Shown here one piece after another: positions 48,390 through 60,816 of a DNA stretch of 64,000 nt. The position numbers and the translations under genes are program-made. Within the stretch, counting starts at the first letter, position 1; every line of letters starts with the position of its first letter. This DNA comes from Thermoanaerobaculia bacterium. Lineage in GTDB: Bacteria; Acidobacteriota; Thermoanaerobaculia; UBA5066. The stretch is from positions 1 to 64,000 of the forward strand of contig CAWFJJ010000007.1 in NCBI GenBank assembly GCA_963816185.1. Direction: 5' to 3'. The notes under the pieces are model-generated. The model saw only the letters and a list, made by a program, of their open reading frames with translations. It ran no database searches and was not told the origin of the DNA.

Positions 48390-49250
48390 TCAACGTGCCC
48401 GAAGGAACGCGCGGATCCGGAGCGTTGCGGTGTCCTCGATCCGCACGCCTTCGGGCGGCGTACGCTCGCCGCGGGCGATCGCCCGCTCCATCTCGCGCAG
48501 CTTGAGATATTTCAGAAGTGTGTTCGCGGACGAGAGGGCCGCGAACGTGAGCCCGGCAGAGCCGTCGAGGAACCCGAGGCGAAGGAATGCGCGGTCGAAG
48601 AACTCCCAAAGGACGCGCGCGGGCAGAAAGCCGCCGCCCCCTCTCCCGGCGGCCCACTTCGCCTCGGCGGCGAGCGTCGTGTAACGGTCGAGCTTCTCGA
48701 GGTAATGCGCGAGGTCTCGGTACGAGCGGTGGAGGACGGATTCCTCGAGCGCTTCGATGGGACCCGTGGCGAGGATCTTCTCGTGGATGGGGTCGTCCGA
48801 GAAGCGCGCGCGCATCCGGTCGTACAGGCGGACGGGCCTGACGACCGTGTCGCGCCCGAAGAGGAGCTCGCGTCCGAGGAATTCGAGGCGGATCGGCACG
48901 CGGTAGGCCGCGGGCGGGGACGGATCCGACGCGGCCGCGGCGAGACGAGCGCGAATCTCGAGGGCGAGCTTCGGCGTGACGATCTCATCGGCGTCGATCG
49001 AGAGGATCCAGCGGTTCCTCGCGAGGGCCGCCGCCGCGTTCTTCTGCTGACCGAAGCCGTCGAACGGCCGCACGAGGATGCGAGCTCCCGTCCGCCGCGC
49101 GACCTCCTCCGTGCGGTCTGTCGAGGCGGCATCCACGACGACGATGCGCTCGTCCGCGAAGGCCACGGCCGAGAGCGCGCCGGGCAAGCGGTCCTCCTCG
49201 TCACGGGCGATGAGCGTGACGGTGAGACGGGGCTCTTCCGGGGCCGTCAT
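48390..49250 (-). CDS. Glycosyltransferase family 2 (WaaE/KdtX-like)
   Basis: VVD..STD.T, GFG.QKN, SIDADE, IHE, FLRLGFLDG. Confidence 0.92.
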   Translation of the reverse strand: MTAPEEPRLTVTLIARDEEDRLPGALSAVAFADERIVVVDAASTDRTEEVARRTGARILVRPFDGFGQQKNAAAALARNRWILSIDADEIVTPKLALEIRARLAAAASDPSPPAAYRVPIRLEFLGRELLFGRDTVVRPVRLYDRMRARFSDDPIHEKILATGPIEALEESVLHRSYRDLAHYLEKLDRYTTLAAEAKWAAGRGGGGFLPARVLWEFFDRAFLRLGFLDGSAGLTFAALSSANTLLKYLKLREMERAIARGERTPPEGVRIEDTATLRIRAFLRAR

Positions 49251-49308
49251 CGTCTCCTCAGTATGGACCCGAGGACTCCAGGGCTGCGGCTCCGTATACT
49301 CCCCGGCC

Positions 49309-50838
49309 GTGACGTCCGGGCCATCTTCAGACGATCCCGAAGCGTCCGGGCGGATCCTCTTCGCGGCCGCGCTCGCGGCCGGCGCTCTGCTGAGGCTCGT
49401 GCTGCTCGGCCAGCCGGACCTCTTCGGCGCCGACGAGGGGCGCTGGGCGATCGGCGCGCAGAATCTCGTCGCGGGCGGGACGGCACAGCTCCTCGGTCTC
49501 TCGGCAACTCCGCTTGGGCCCTCGGGGGGCACCCCGATCCTCTTTCCGTGGGTCCTCTCCGTGATGGTGCGCATTTTCGGGCCGGAGGAATGGGCGGTCC
49601 GGCTGCCTTCGGCGATTCTCGGGCTCCTCGGCGCGCTCCTCCTCGAGCGCGTGATCCGGCGCGGCTGGGGCCAGCCCGCCGGCCATCTCGCGGGCGCGTT
49701 CGCGGCGCTCTTTCCCCCGCTCGTGGCGGCGTCGCGGGCCGCGACCGTCGAGCCGACGCTCGTGACATTGGGACTTGCCGGCATCATCTTCGGTCTCAGG
49801 GCGTTCGAAGAGGACATTCCCTACGAGGGCGCCATCTCGGGTGTCTTTTTCGGCCTCGGTTTCCTCGCGAAAGGCTATGCCGTCGGCCTCTATCTGATCC
49901 CGCTTCTTCTCGCACTCGCGGCGCGGCCGCGCCTGTTCGGTCTCGGCCGCACGAAACGTGCGCTCGCATTTCTCGGCACGGCCTTCGCTCTCGTCGGCTT
50001 CTCCCACCTCTTCGCGGTGTTTCTGTTCCGGCGCGCTTCGTTCGGCTTCGAGCTCGCGACCGCCTTCGGAGCATCGGAAGCCGCGTCGCGAGCGGCGGCG
50101 CTCCCGACGGCGTTCTCCGTCGACGTCCTGACTCTCGTGCGCTCGCTCTTCTTCTTCCTGCCGCTCGCAGCGCTCGGCGTCGTCTTCCTCGGACGGGCGG
50201 TGGGCGAGGCGGAGATCGCATCGGGCGCGACGGGAGGCGATCGCCGGCTTGCGCACGGCGTTCTCTGGGGAGCCTATGTCGTCGAGCTTCTCATCCTCGT
50301 CGCGGTCGCGGGACGGTACCGCCTCTCGTCCATTCCTGTCATGCCTGCGCTCGCCGCGTTCACGGGGCTCGGCGGCACGTGGCTCCTGCTCGCGGCGAGG
50401 CGCACGGCCTCGCCTCTCGCGAGCCGGCTCACGAGAGGGGTTCTCGTCGTCCTCCTCGCGTGGGGGGGAATCGAGGCGGCGCGTCAGATCCGGCACGATC
50501 TCCTGACGCATCGCACGGGGGCGCGCGAGCTCGCGGATCAGATCGCTCCCGCGCTCGCGCCCGTGCCGCCGGAGATCCCGTCGTTTCGCGCGACCGAGCC
50601 CGAAGGCCTGGAATTCCGGCTGTTCAGGACGGGCCTCTCCTGGGAAGGCGTGACGTCGGCCGCGGCGATCGAAGACGAGGTGCGTGCGGGACGCGTTCGC
50701 TGCTGGGCTTACCGTCCGGACGGACACGTTCCCCCGGCCGAGGTCAGGTCCTGGCTCAAGGCGCATGCGCGCGAGATGACGGCCGACGTGAACGCGCGCG
50801 CGGGTCGCGTCACCGGCCTCCGGGTCTTCGTCCCATAA
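49309..50838 (+). CDS. GT-C (ArnT/PMT-like) membrane glycosyltransferase
   Basis: DEG motif after TM1, G..EWAVRLPSA, GFLAKG, multiple TM segments. Confidence 0.8.
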   Translation: MTSGPSSDDPEASGRILFAAALAAGALLRLVLLGQPDLFGADEGRWAIGAQNLVAGGTAQLLGLSATPLGPSGGTPILFPWVLSVMVRIFGPEEWAVRLPSAILGLLGALLLERVIRRGWGQPAGHLAGAFAALFPPLVAASRAATVEPTLVTLGLAGIIFGLRAFEEDIPYEGAISGVFFGLGFLAKGYAVGLYLIPLLLALAARPRLFGLGRTKRALAFLGTAFALVGFSHLFAVFLFRRASFGFELATAFGASEAASRAAALPTAFSVDVLTLVRSLFFFLPLAALGVVFLGRAVGEAEIASGATGGDRRLAHGVLWGAYVVELLILVAVAGRYRLSSIPVMPALAAFTGLGGTWLLLAARRTASPLASRLTRGVLVVLLAWGGIEAARQIRHDLLTHRTGARELADQIAPALAPVPPEIPSFRATEPEGLEFRLFRTGLSWEGVTSAAAIEDEVRAGRVRCWAYRPDGHVPPAEVRSWLKAHAREMTADVNARAGRVTGLRVFVP

Positions 50839-50848
50839 TCCCCTTCTG

Positions 50849-52198
50849 ATGACGACCGTCCTCTTCGCCGACCGCGACGGCGGCTCCTTCGGCGCGCTCG
50901 GCGCGCGCATCGTGCCGGCGCTCCTTCCGCTCGGCGGCATCCCGACGCTCGAGCACGCGCTGGAGGCTCTCGTCCGCGCGGGGCGGCGCTCGGCGCTCCT
51001 CGTCGTCGGCCCGCGCGCCGGCGAGATCGAACGTCGCTTCGGCAAAGGCATTCGCTGGGGAATCGCTCTCGAGATCGTGCGGCGCGAGGACCGGGAGACG
51101 TCCGGCGACGTCCTCAGGCGGCTGGAGCCGCGGCTCGACGGCGAGACGATCGTCGTGCGAGGCGACGTCGGAGCGCACGCCGTGATCGGCGAGTTCTTCG
51201 CGAAATTGGACGAGGTGCGCGGCCCGGTGGTCGCGGGTCTCGTCGGCGGTCGACCTGCGGGACTCTGGCGACTTCTGCCGGGAGCTCTCAAGAAGAAAGA
51301 CTTCCCGAGGGAGCCGGGCGCGGCCGAGTGGGTGAAAGATCCCGACTTCGCGGCGCTCGCGCTCTCGGGGACGCCGATTCTCCTCGCCGACGTCTCGTCG
51401 TATTACAAGGCCGATCGCGTCTCCGCAGGCGCCGCCCCGGCGCTTTCAGAGCGCTCGGTCGTGGAGGGTTCGGCGGCGCTTCTCGAGGGCACGACCGTCG
51501 CCGAGGAAGCCGTCGTCCTCTCCGGCACGCGCCTTTCCGCGGTGAGCGTCCTCCCGCGCACGGCGATCCCGCCCGGCGTCACCCTCGAGAACGCCGTCGT
51601 CTCGGGCAACCTCGTCGTGGACGCGGCGACCGGCTCTTCCAGCCTCCTCACGGATCGTCTGCCCGCGCAGAAGAAGCCCACGTCGTCCTCGAGCCGGGGA
51701 CTCGGGCTCGTCGCTCTCGCCCTCTCGCTCCCGCTCTGGCCCGTGGCCGTCGTCTGGAGCGCGATCGCGAACGCGGGTCATGCCACACGCCCCATCACGC
51801 TCGCGGGAAACACCCCGGACGGCTCCCGCAAGTCGTTCTCGACGTTCCGGTTCGAGACGGCGGTTCCGGTTCTGCGCGACTTGCCGCTTCTCTTCGCCGT
51901 GCTGTCGGGGCGCCTCTCGCTTTCCGGCGTGACGCCGCTTTCGCCCGGAGAGGAAGCGGCGCTCAAGGAGCCGTGGGAGAAAGTCCGGAACGAGGCGCCG
52001 GCCGGACTCCTTTCGCTCGCGCGCCTCGCGGCACCCGCGTCCGCACCCTCCGAGGTGGCGCGCGCCGTGGACGCGTTCTGGGTCCGGACGAGAAGCCCGC
52101 TGGTCGGGCGCGCTCTTTCGGCGCTCTTTTCGGCGCGGGCGTGGACGGCGCCGAAAGGCTGGAATCCGGACGCGCTCAAGGAGGAGGGAAAAGGATGA
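50849..52198 (+). CDS. NTP-transferase-like / LbH / sugar-transferase-like fusion (degenerate motifs)
   Basis: PALLPLGG.P.LEH, G.RWG..L, hexapeptide-like stretch, LP.LF.VL.G.LSL.G..P. Confidence 0.65.
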   Translation: MTTVLFADRDGGSFGALGARIVPALLPLGGIPTLEHALEALVRAGRRSALLVVGPRAGEIERRFGKGIRWGIALEIVRREDRETSGDVLRRLEPRLDGETIVVRGDVGAHAVIGEFFAKLDEVRGPVVAGLVGGRPAGLWRLLPGALKKKDFPREPGAAEWVKDPDFAALALSGTPILLADVSSYYKADRVSAGAAPALSERSVVEGSAALLEGTTVAEEAVVLSGTRLSAVSVLPRTAIPPGVTLENAVVSGNLVVDAATGSSSLLTDRLPAQKKPTSSSSRGLGLVALALSLPLWPVAVVWSAIANAGHATRPITLAGNTPDGSRKSFSTFRFETAVPVLRDLPLLFAVLSGRLSLSGVTPLSPGEEAALKEPWEKVRNEAPAGLLSLARLAAPASAPSEVARAVDAFWVRTRSPLVGRALSALFSARAWTAPKGWNPDALKEEGKG

Positions 52199-53574
52199 GC
52201 CGGCAAGAGGTCGTCGTCACGGCTCCGTTCGGAGGCCGGGAGCTCGCACGGGTTCCGTCCCCGTCGCCCGACGACGTCGAGACCGCAGTCCGGCGAGCGG
52301 TTCTCGTGTTCGAAAAGACCCGCGTGATCCCTACGTTCGCACGCGTCGCGATTCTGCGAAAGGTCGCCGCCGAGCTCGAGCGGCGACGGGACGAGCTGGC
52401 GCGGACGATCGCGGCCGAGGCCGGAAAACCGATGAAGGCCGCGCGGGTGGAAGCCGAGCGTGCCGCGGCGACGTTCTCGGCGACCGCGGCGGCGCTCGAA
52501 GCCTGGAAGGGCGACATGCTGCCGCTCGACGTGAACGCAGCCTCGCTCGGACGCTGGGGGGTCGTGAAGCGCGTCCCCCTCGGACCGGTCCTCGCGATCA
52601 CGCCCTTCAATTTTCCCCTCAACCTCACGTCACACAAGGTGGCGCCGGCAATCGCCGTGGGAGCCCCCGTCGTCCAGAAGCCCGCTTCCAAGACGCCGCT
52701 CTCGGCCCTCGCGCTCCAGAAGATCGTGCTCGCGGCGGGCTGGCCTGAGGACGCGTACGCCGTCCTCCCGATCTCCGGCGCGGCCGCCGAGGGGCTCGTC
52801 ACGGACCCGCGCCTCCCGGTCGTCTCGTTCACGGGCTCGGGCGCCGTCGGCTGGCGACTGAGATCCCTCGTGCCGAAAAAACGCGTCGCCCTCGAGCTGG
52901 GCGGGAACGCCGCGGTCATCGTCCACTCGGACGCGGACCTCGACGACGCGGCACGGCGCACGGCCTCGGGCGCATTTGCGTACGCGGGCCAGTCCTGCAT
53001 CTCGGTCCAGCGCGCGCTCGTCCATCGGCCGGCTCTCGACACGTTCCGCGAGAAGCTGATGGCCGCCTCCTCGGCGCTCGTCGTGGGTGACCCGCTCGAC
53101 GAGAAGACGGACGTCGGGCCGATGATCACGCCCTCCGAAACCGTGCGCGTCGAAGCCTGGGTCGCCGAAGCCGTGGCGGCCGGCGCGACGGTGCTCCGCG
53201 GCGGGACGCGCGTCGGAGAATGCCTCGCGCCCACGATCCTCGCGAATACGACGCCGCCGATGAAGGTCGAGGGACTCGAAGTTTTCGCCCCCGTCGTCAC
53301 CTTGAACGCGTACGACGACTTCGAGGAGGCGCTCCGGCGCGTGAACGACTCGAAGTACGGCCTGCAGGCGGGCGTCTTCACGCGAGACCTCGCGCGCATC
53401 CAGCGCGCCTTCGACGTTCTCGAGGTGGGCGCGGTCCTCGCGAACGACGTCCCGACCTGGCGTGCCGACCGCATGCCGTACGGCGGCGTGAAGGAATCGG
53501 GCTCCGGGCGCGAGGGTCCGGCGTATGCGATGGAGGAGTTCACCGAGCCCCGGCTCCTCGTGATCCGGAGCTGA
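52195..53574 (+). CDS. Aldehyde dehydrogenase family protein
   Basis: ITPFNFP, SFTGS, LELGGN, GQSCIS, EVFAP, PYGGVKESG.GREG. Confidence 0.95.
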   Translation: MSRQEVVVTAPFGGRELARVPSPSPDDVETAVRRAVLVFEKTRVIPTFARVAILRKVAAELERRRDELARTIAAEAGKPMKAARVEAERAAATFSATAAALEAWKGDMLPLDVNAASLGRWGVVKRVPLGPVLAITPFNFPLNLTSHKVAPAIAVGAPVVQKPASKTPLSALALQKIVLAAGWPEDAYAVLPISGAAAEGLVTDPRLPVVSFTGSGAVGWRLRSLVPKKRVALELGGNAAVIVHSDADLDDAARRTASGAFAYAGQSCISVQRALVHRPALDTFREKLMAASSALVVGDPLDEKTDVGPMITPSETVRVEAWVAEAVAAGATVLRGGTRVGECLAPTILANTTPPMKVEGLEVFAPVVTLNAYDDFEEALRRVNDSKYGLQAGVFTRDLARIQRAFDVLEVGAVLANDVPTWRADRMPYGGVKESGSGREGPAYAMEEFTEPRLLVIRS

Positions 53575-53593
53575 CGAGAAGAAGAGGAAGATC

Positions 53594-54034
53594 ATGGCCG
53601 AGCAAGTGTTCACGATCGCCGCGACCTGGGATCCCGCCGAGAAGCAGGGCACGCTCGCGACCGCCGACGGCAGCCTGAAGACCGCGCACGTGGGCGCCAA
53701 GTCACTCGGGGGAGGAAGCGGCGCCCCGAATCCGGAGGAGCTGCTCCTCGCCGGCGTCTCGGCCTGCTTCGTCCAGACATGGGCGATCTTCCTCGCGAAG
53801 CTGAAGGTCCCGATCGACAATCCGGTCCTGGACGGCTCGTGCGAGCTGGACAAGGACCTCGCCGGGGGCTTCCGCCTCACGAAGGTCGACCTCGCGCCGC
53901 ACGTCCCGGCTGCGCTCTGGGAAGCGCGCCGGACTGACGTCGAAAAGACGCTGTCGCTTGCGGAGAAGTACTGCATCGTGTCCAAGGCGGTGAGGGGCTC
54001 GCTCGCGCTCACGGTCACGCCGAAACTCGTCTGA
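53594..54034 (+). CDS. OsmC/Ohr family protein
   Basis: NPEELLLA.VSAC...AEKYCIVS. Confidence 0.92.
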   Translation: MAEQVFTIAATWDPAEKQGTLATADGSLKTAHVGAKSLGGGSGAPNPEELLLAGVSACFVQTWAIFLAKLKVPIDNPVLDGSCELDKDLAGGFRLTKVDLAPHVPAALWEARRTDVEKTLSLAEKYCIVSKAVRGSLALTVTPKLV

Positions 54035-54126
54035 CGACGGTCGCGCGTTCGCGCGTCAGGGCCGACCGCTCACCTTTGGTCGATCCGGGGTCTCCGCCCG
54101 ACGCGGGCTGCCTCTAACCTCGGCAC

Positions 54127-55014
54127 GTGCCGCTCGCCGTCGCCGCCTGGTGTGTCCTGTGCCTGATCTGGAGCTCGACGTGGCTCTTCATCAAGCTCGG
54201 CCTCGCCGACCTGCCGCCCGTGAGCTTCGCGGGCATCCGGTTCGTCGTCGCCGCGTCGGTGCTCTGGGGGATCATCGCGATCCGCCGGACGCCTTTGCCG
54301 AGAGGCGCGCGCGCCTGGGGGTTTCTCGCGCTCACGGGCTTTCTCGCCTTCTCGCTGAACTACGGCCTCCTCTTCTGGGGCGAAGAGCGCACCTCGTCCG
54401 GCCTCGCGGCCGTGCTTCAGGCCACGATTCCGGCGTTCGGCCTCGGAATCGCGCACCTCCTCCTGCCCTCGGACCGCATGACGGTGCCGAAGGTGCTCGG
54501 CGTCTCGCTGGGCATCGCGGGCGTCGCGGTCATCTTCTCGGACCGCACGACGCTCGTGGGAGCGGACGCGCTGCACGGAGGCATCGCGATCGTCGCGGGG
54601 GCCTTCGCGGTCGCGCTCGCGAACGTCCTCGTGAAATCGCGCGGCGCATCCCTCGACCCCGTGATCCTCGCCGGCGTCCAGATGACGTTCGGCCTCGTGC
54701 CGCTCGTCGTCGCCGGTTTCCTTCTGGAGGGAAGCCCGCTTGCGTTCCGGTGGACCCCGCGCGCCGTGGTGTCGATCTTCTACCTCGCCCTCGTCGGCTC
54801 CGTGATCGCGTTCCTGCTCTTCTACTGGCTGCTCCAGCGGATGGACGTCACCAGGGTTCTTCTCATCGCGCTCGTGACGCCCGTCCTCGCGCTCGCGCTC
54901 GGCGCGGCCGTGCTGGGCGAGCGGCTCGGCGGCCGCGCCGTCATCGGCACGGTCATGATCCTCGGCGGCGTCTTTCTCGGCATGCGGCGGCCCGCGCGGC
55001 GCACGGAGGAGTAG
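54127..55014 (+). CDS. EamA/DMT transporter
   Basis: IWSSTW..IK, about ten TM segments, LGE.L. Confidence 0.92.
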   Translation: MPLAVAAWCVLCLIWSSTWLFIKLGLADLPPVSFAGIRFVVAASVLWGIIAIRRTPLPRGARAWGFLALTGFLAFSLNYGLLFWGEERTSSGLAAVLQATIPAFGLGIAHLLLPSDRMTVPKVLGVSLGIAGVAVIFSDRTTLVGADALHGGIAIVAGAFAVALANVLVKSRGASLDPVILAGVQMTFGLVPLVVAGFLLEGSPLAFRWTPRAVVSIFYLALVGSVIAFLLFYWLLQRMDVTRVLLIALVTPVLALALGAAVLGERLGGRAVIGTVMILGGVFLGMRRPARRTEE

Positions 55015-55064
55015 CCGTTCGGCGACGCCACGCGCTCCACGCGTTTGCTAATCTCTGAGGCCAC

Positions 55065-56231
55065 TTGCCAGAGAACGCGGGTCCCGACGCCGATCCCCGT
55101 AACCTGCTGGCGCGGATCCGGGCGTTAGACCCCTGGTTTCACGACATCGACCTCGGTCCCGAGCTGAAAACCAAGCTCGGACCCTGCGCAGACGAGCCGG
55201 GCGACCATCCCAAACCCACGTGGGAGCTCGTCAGGCCGCACCTCCCGGCTGATCTTTCGGGCCAGAGCGTGCTCGACGTCGGCTGCAATGCCGGCTTCTA
55301 TTCTTTCGAGACGAAACGGCTCGGCGCGAAGAGGGTACTCGGCGTCGACGCACAACGACGGGAGATCGCTCAAGCGAGGCTCGCGGCGGAGATTCTGGGG
55401 CTGGACGTCACGTTCCGGAGGTCTTCCGTCTACGATCTCTCCATCGCGGACATCGGTCCGTTCGATCTCGTGCTCGCGCTCGGTCTTCTCTATCACTGTC
55501 GCCACCCGCTCCTCGCGCTGGAGCGGCTCTTCGAAGTCACGCGAGGGAAGCTGATCGTCGAAAGCGCGGTCGCCCCGAAGGAATGGGCGGGGGCCGTCCA
55601 GGCGCGTCCCATCGGAGGCCTCGTTCGGAGACTCGTCCCGGCCTTCTACATCGAGAACGACCCGGACGCGGCCGAGGCGGTCTACAACTGGTTCTTGCCG
55701 TCGTCGGCGTGTCTTGCCGCACTCTTGCACGGGGTCGGGTTCGAAGGCGTCACGCACGTCGCCATCTCCGATCAGAGAAGTCTCTTCGTCTGTTCGCGAA
55801 ACAAGGACGTGTCGAGCGATGCACGGACACGGACCTACAAAGCACGGCTCATCGCTCGCGAGACGGTCGTACCGGTTTCCGCATCGGACGAGATTGCCCT
55901 CACTGTTCGCCTTTGGAACGTGGGCACGGCGACGTGGGAAGCCTCGGTCGGGCGGGAGGAGGAGCGGGGCGCCGTCCTTCTCGGCGTCCACCTGCTCGAC
56001 GCGGCCGAGAACGTCCGGGAATGGGATTACCGCCGATACCGCGGCGCGCTTTCCCGAGAGGTTCGACCGGGAGAGCAGGTCGACATGCACGTCAGGCTCA
56101 CGGCTCCCAGCACGGCCGGTCAGTACCTTCTCGAGTTCGATCTCGTGCGGGAGTTCGAAGGTTGGTTCGAGGATGTCGGAGGGACGCCGCTCAAGATCGG
56201 CCTCGTCGTTCGGGGGAAGTCGACTTCATAG
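55065..56231 (+). CDS. SAM methyltransferase (CmoB/DUF1698-like) with C-terminal Ig-like domain
   Basis: WFH.IDLG, VLDVGCNAGFY, GLLYH.RHPLLAL, NWF.P; C-terminal N.G...W...PGE...AP...G.Y.LEFDLV...WF. Confidence 0.8.
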   Translation: MPENAGPDADPRNLLARIRALDPWFHDIDLGPELKTKLGPCADEPGDHPKPTWELVRPHLPADLSGQSVLDVGCNAGFYSFETKRLGAKRVLGVDAQRREIAQARLAAEILGLDVTFRRSSVYDLSIADIGPFDLVLALGLLYHCRHPLLALERLFEVTRGKLIVESAVAPKEWAGAVQARPIGGLVRRLVPAFYIENDPDAAEAVYNWFLPSSACLAALLHGVGFEGVTHVAISDQRSLFVCSRNKDVSSDARTRTYKARLIARETVVPVSASDEIALTVRLWNVGTATWEASVGREEERGAVLLGVHLLDAAENVREWDYRRYRGALSREVRPGEQVDMHVRLTAPSTAGQYLLEFDLVREFEGWFEDVGGTPLKIGLVVRGKSTS

Positions 56232-58406
56232 GTTCTTCTCGAACCACTCGACGAGGCGCTGGTTGCGGTAGAGGAGGGCCTCGCGCCGCGGGCCGTGCTT
56301 CTGGCGCGGCAAGGGCACGAAGACGAAATCCTTGCGCGCCTTCATGAGCTCGTCGAAGAAGTCGATGGAGTTCTGCATGTGGACGTTGTCGTCGGAGGTG
56401 CCGTGCATCACGAGGAGCTTCGCCGAGAGGTTCTTCGCGGCTTCGAGCGGCGAGGAGGCCTTGTAGCCCTCGGGGTTGTCCTTCGGGCGCTTCATGTAGC
56501 GCTCGGTGTAGATCGAATCGTAGAACTTCCAGTCCGTCACGGGCGCGCCCGCCATCGCGCACTTGAACGTCCCCGCCGTGTGCGTGACGGCATAGAGCGT
56601 CATGTAGCCGCCGTACGACCAGCCCCAGATCCCGAGGCGCGCGGCGTCGACGTACGGCATTTTCGTCAGTTCGGCGACGCCCTCGAGCTGGTCCTTGAGC
56701 TCCTGGGCGCCCATGTTCCCGAGGAGCGGCGTCTCGAACGCGTGCCCGCGGCCCCACGAGCCGCGGTTGTCCATGGTCCACACGAGAAATCCCTTCGACG
56801 CGAGATAATGGTCGAGACCCGACGCGACTCCCCAGCGGTCCTGCACGAGCTGCACGTGCGGGCCGCCGTACACGAGGACGATCGCGGGATACTTCTTTGC
56901 CGGAGCGAAATCCGCGGGCTTCACGAGCCGTGTGTAGAAGATCGTCCCGTCGGACCCTTTGAAAGAGCCCATCTCCACGGAGCCGAGGACGTAGTCGGCG
57001 TAGGGGCCGGGCGCGTCGTCGAGGACCGCGGTGACGGCGCCGGTGGCCTTGTACACGGCGGTCCTCGGCGGCGTCGTGGCGTTCGAGTACGTGCTCAGGA
57101 AGCTGCCGCCGCCAGGCGACAGCGTCAGAGAGTGAGTGCCGTGTTCCTTCGTGACGCGCGCGAAGCCCGTCCCGTCCAACCTCGCCCGGTACACATGACG
57201 TTCCCGCGGATCCTTCTCCGTGGCCGTGAACCAGACGAGGCCGGTCTTCTCGTCGGCGAACCATGGCCCGTCGATCATCCAGTCGCCCTGCGTGACGGCG
57301 TTCCGGAGCGTGCCGTCCGCCGCATAGCGATAGAGATGCTGGAAGCCCGTGCGCTCGGACAGGAAGAGGAACGTCCCGTCGGCGAGGAAGCGCGGCGGCT
57401 GGATCGCGTTGATCCAGGCGGGATCCGTCTCCGTGAAGAGCTTCTTCGGCGCGCCGCCGAGGCGCGGCAGGAGGAAGACGTCGAGCGCCGTCTGCGGGCG
57501 GTCCAGCACGAGGAACGAGACCTGCCTGCCGTCCGCGGTCCAGGCGAGCCCCGGCGCCACGTAAACGTCGTCGACCGCCGGCGCGAAAGAGGCCGTCTCC
57601 TTGCCGGTGAGGTCCACGACGTGCACCGACGGAATCGCGTTCGGATCGCCCGCCTTCGGGTAGCGCTGGGGAAGGACCTTGCCGTTCACGGGAATGAAAT
57701 CCACGACGGGGAACGCGGGGACACGGTTCTCGTCGAGGCGAAGGTAGGCGATCGCGGAAGAGTCCGGCGCCCACTCGTACGAGCGGCCGGCCCCCCGGTG
57801 CGCGAGCTCTTCTCCGTAGACCCAGTCGAGCCTGCCGTTGAAGACGTGCTCGCCGCCCGTCGTGGTGAGGCGGGTCTCCACGCCCGTCGCGCGGTCCAGC
57901 GTGAAGAGATCGGACTTCTTCACGTACGCCAGGCGCGAGCCGTCCGGCGAGAACGTGGGTGATTCCTCGTCGTCCGGGTCGTTCGTGAGGCGGCGCGGCT
58001 GGGAACCGGCGGCGAGGAGCCAGAGGTCGTGGTCGAAGGCGACCAGGAGAACATCGCCCTTCGGGCTCCACGTCCCGCCGCGAGGCGAGAGCTTCCGTTC
58101 CTTACCGGAGCGATCCTTCACGGGCGCGGGCTCGAGAAGCTTCTCCTTCTCTCCGCTTTTCGTGTCGAATCCCCAGAGCGTGGCGGGGGCTTCGGGTCCG
58201 ATGCCCTGTGACACGATCCACGTCACGCGCGTGCCGTCGCGCCAGGAAAAGCCGCTCGCCCCGGGACCGCCGAATCCCGGCTCGGAGATCTTCTCGAGCG
58301 TGAGTGGCTCTTTCGCGTGCTGCTCGGCCCCCGGTTCCTGGGAGCGGGCGTCGGGAGCGGCGAGGAGCGCGAGAGCGGCGGCCGCCGCGAGCGAAATGCG
58401 TCTCAT
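56226..58406 (-). CDS. Dipeptidyl-peptidase IV (S9B)
   Basis: DWVYGEE, YPKAG, YGGP, GWSYGG, DDNVH, H near the C-terminus. Confidence 0.95.
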   Translation of the reverse strand: MRRISLAAAAALALLAAPDARSQEPGAEQHAKEPLTLEKISEPGFGGPGASGFSWRDGTRVTWIVSQGIGPEAPATLWGFDTKSGEKEKLLEPAPVKDRSGKERKLSPRGGTWSPKGDVLLVAFDHDLWLLAAGSQPRRLTNDPDDEESPTFSPDGSRLAYVKKSDLFTLDRATGVETRLTTTGGEHVFNGRLDWVYGEELAHRGAGRSYEWAPDSSAIAYLRLDENRVPAFPVVDFIPVNGKVLPQRYPKAGDPNAIPSVHVVDLTGKETASFAPAVDDVYVAPGLAWTADGRQVSFLVLDRPQTALDVFLLPRLGGAPKKLFTETDPAWINAIQPPRFLADGTFLFLSERTGFQHLYRYAADGTLRNAVTQGDWMIDGPWFADEKTGLVWFTATEKDPRERHVYRARLDGTGFARVTKEHGTHSLTLSPGGGSFLSTYSNATTPPRTAVYKATGAVTAVLDDAPGPYADYVLGSVEMGSFKGSDGTIFYTRLVKPADFAPAKKYPAIVLVYGGPHVQLVQDRWGVASGLDHYLASKGFLVWTMDNRGSWGRGHAFETPLLGNMGAQELKDQLEGVAELTKMPYVDAARLGIWGWSYGGYMTLYAVTHTAGTFKCAMAGAPVTDWKFYDSIYTERYMKRPKDNPEGYKASSPLEAAKNLSAKLLVMHGTSDDNVHMQNSIDFFDELMKARKDFVFVPLPRQKHGPRREALLYRNQRLVEWFEKNL

Positions 58407-58510
58407 GGACACCTCTGTCGTCGAGATGGGGGCGGGCCATCGTACGGGGAAACGACCGCCCGGGTTGCGCCCATTTCGTCTGCATCCTGGGGTGAGAGAA
58501 TCGGAAACAG

Positions 58511-60796
<2,286 letters not shown>

Positions 60797-60816
60797 CGGA
60801 GCGATACTGGGGACGC

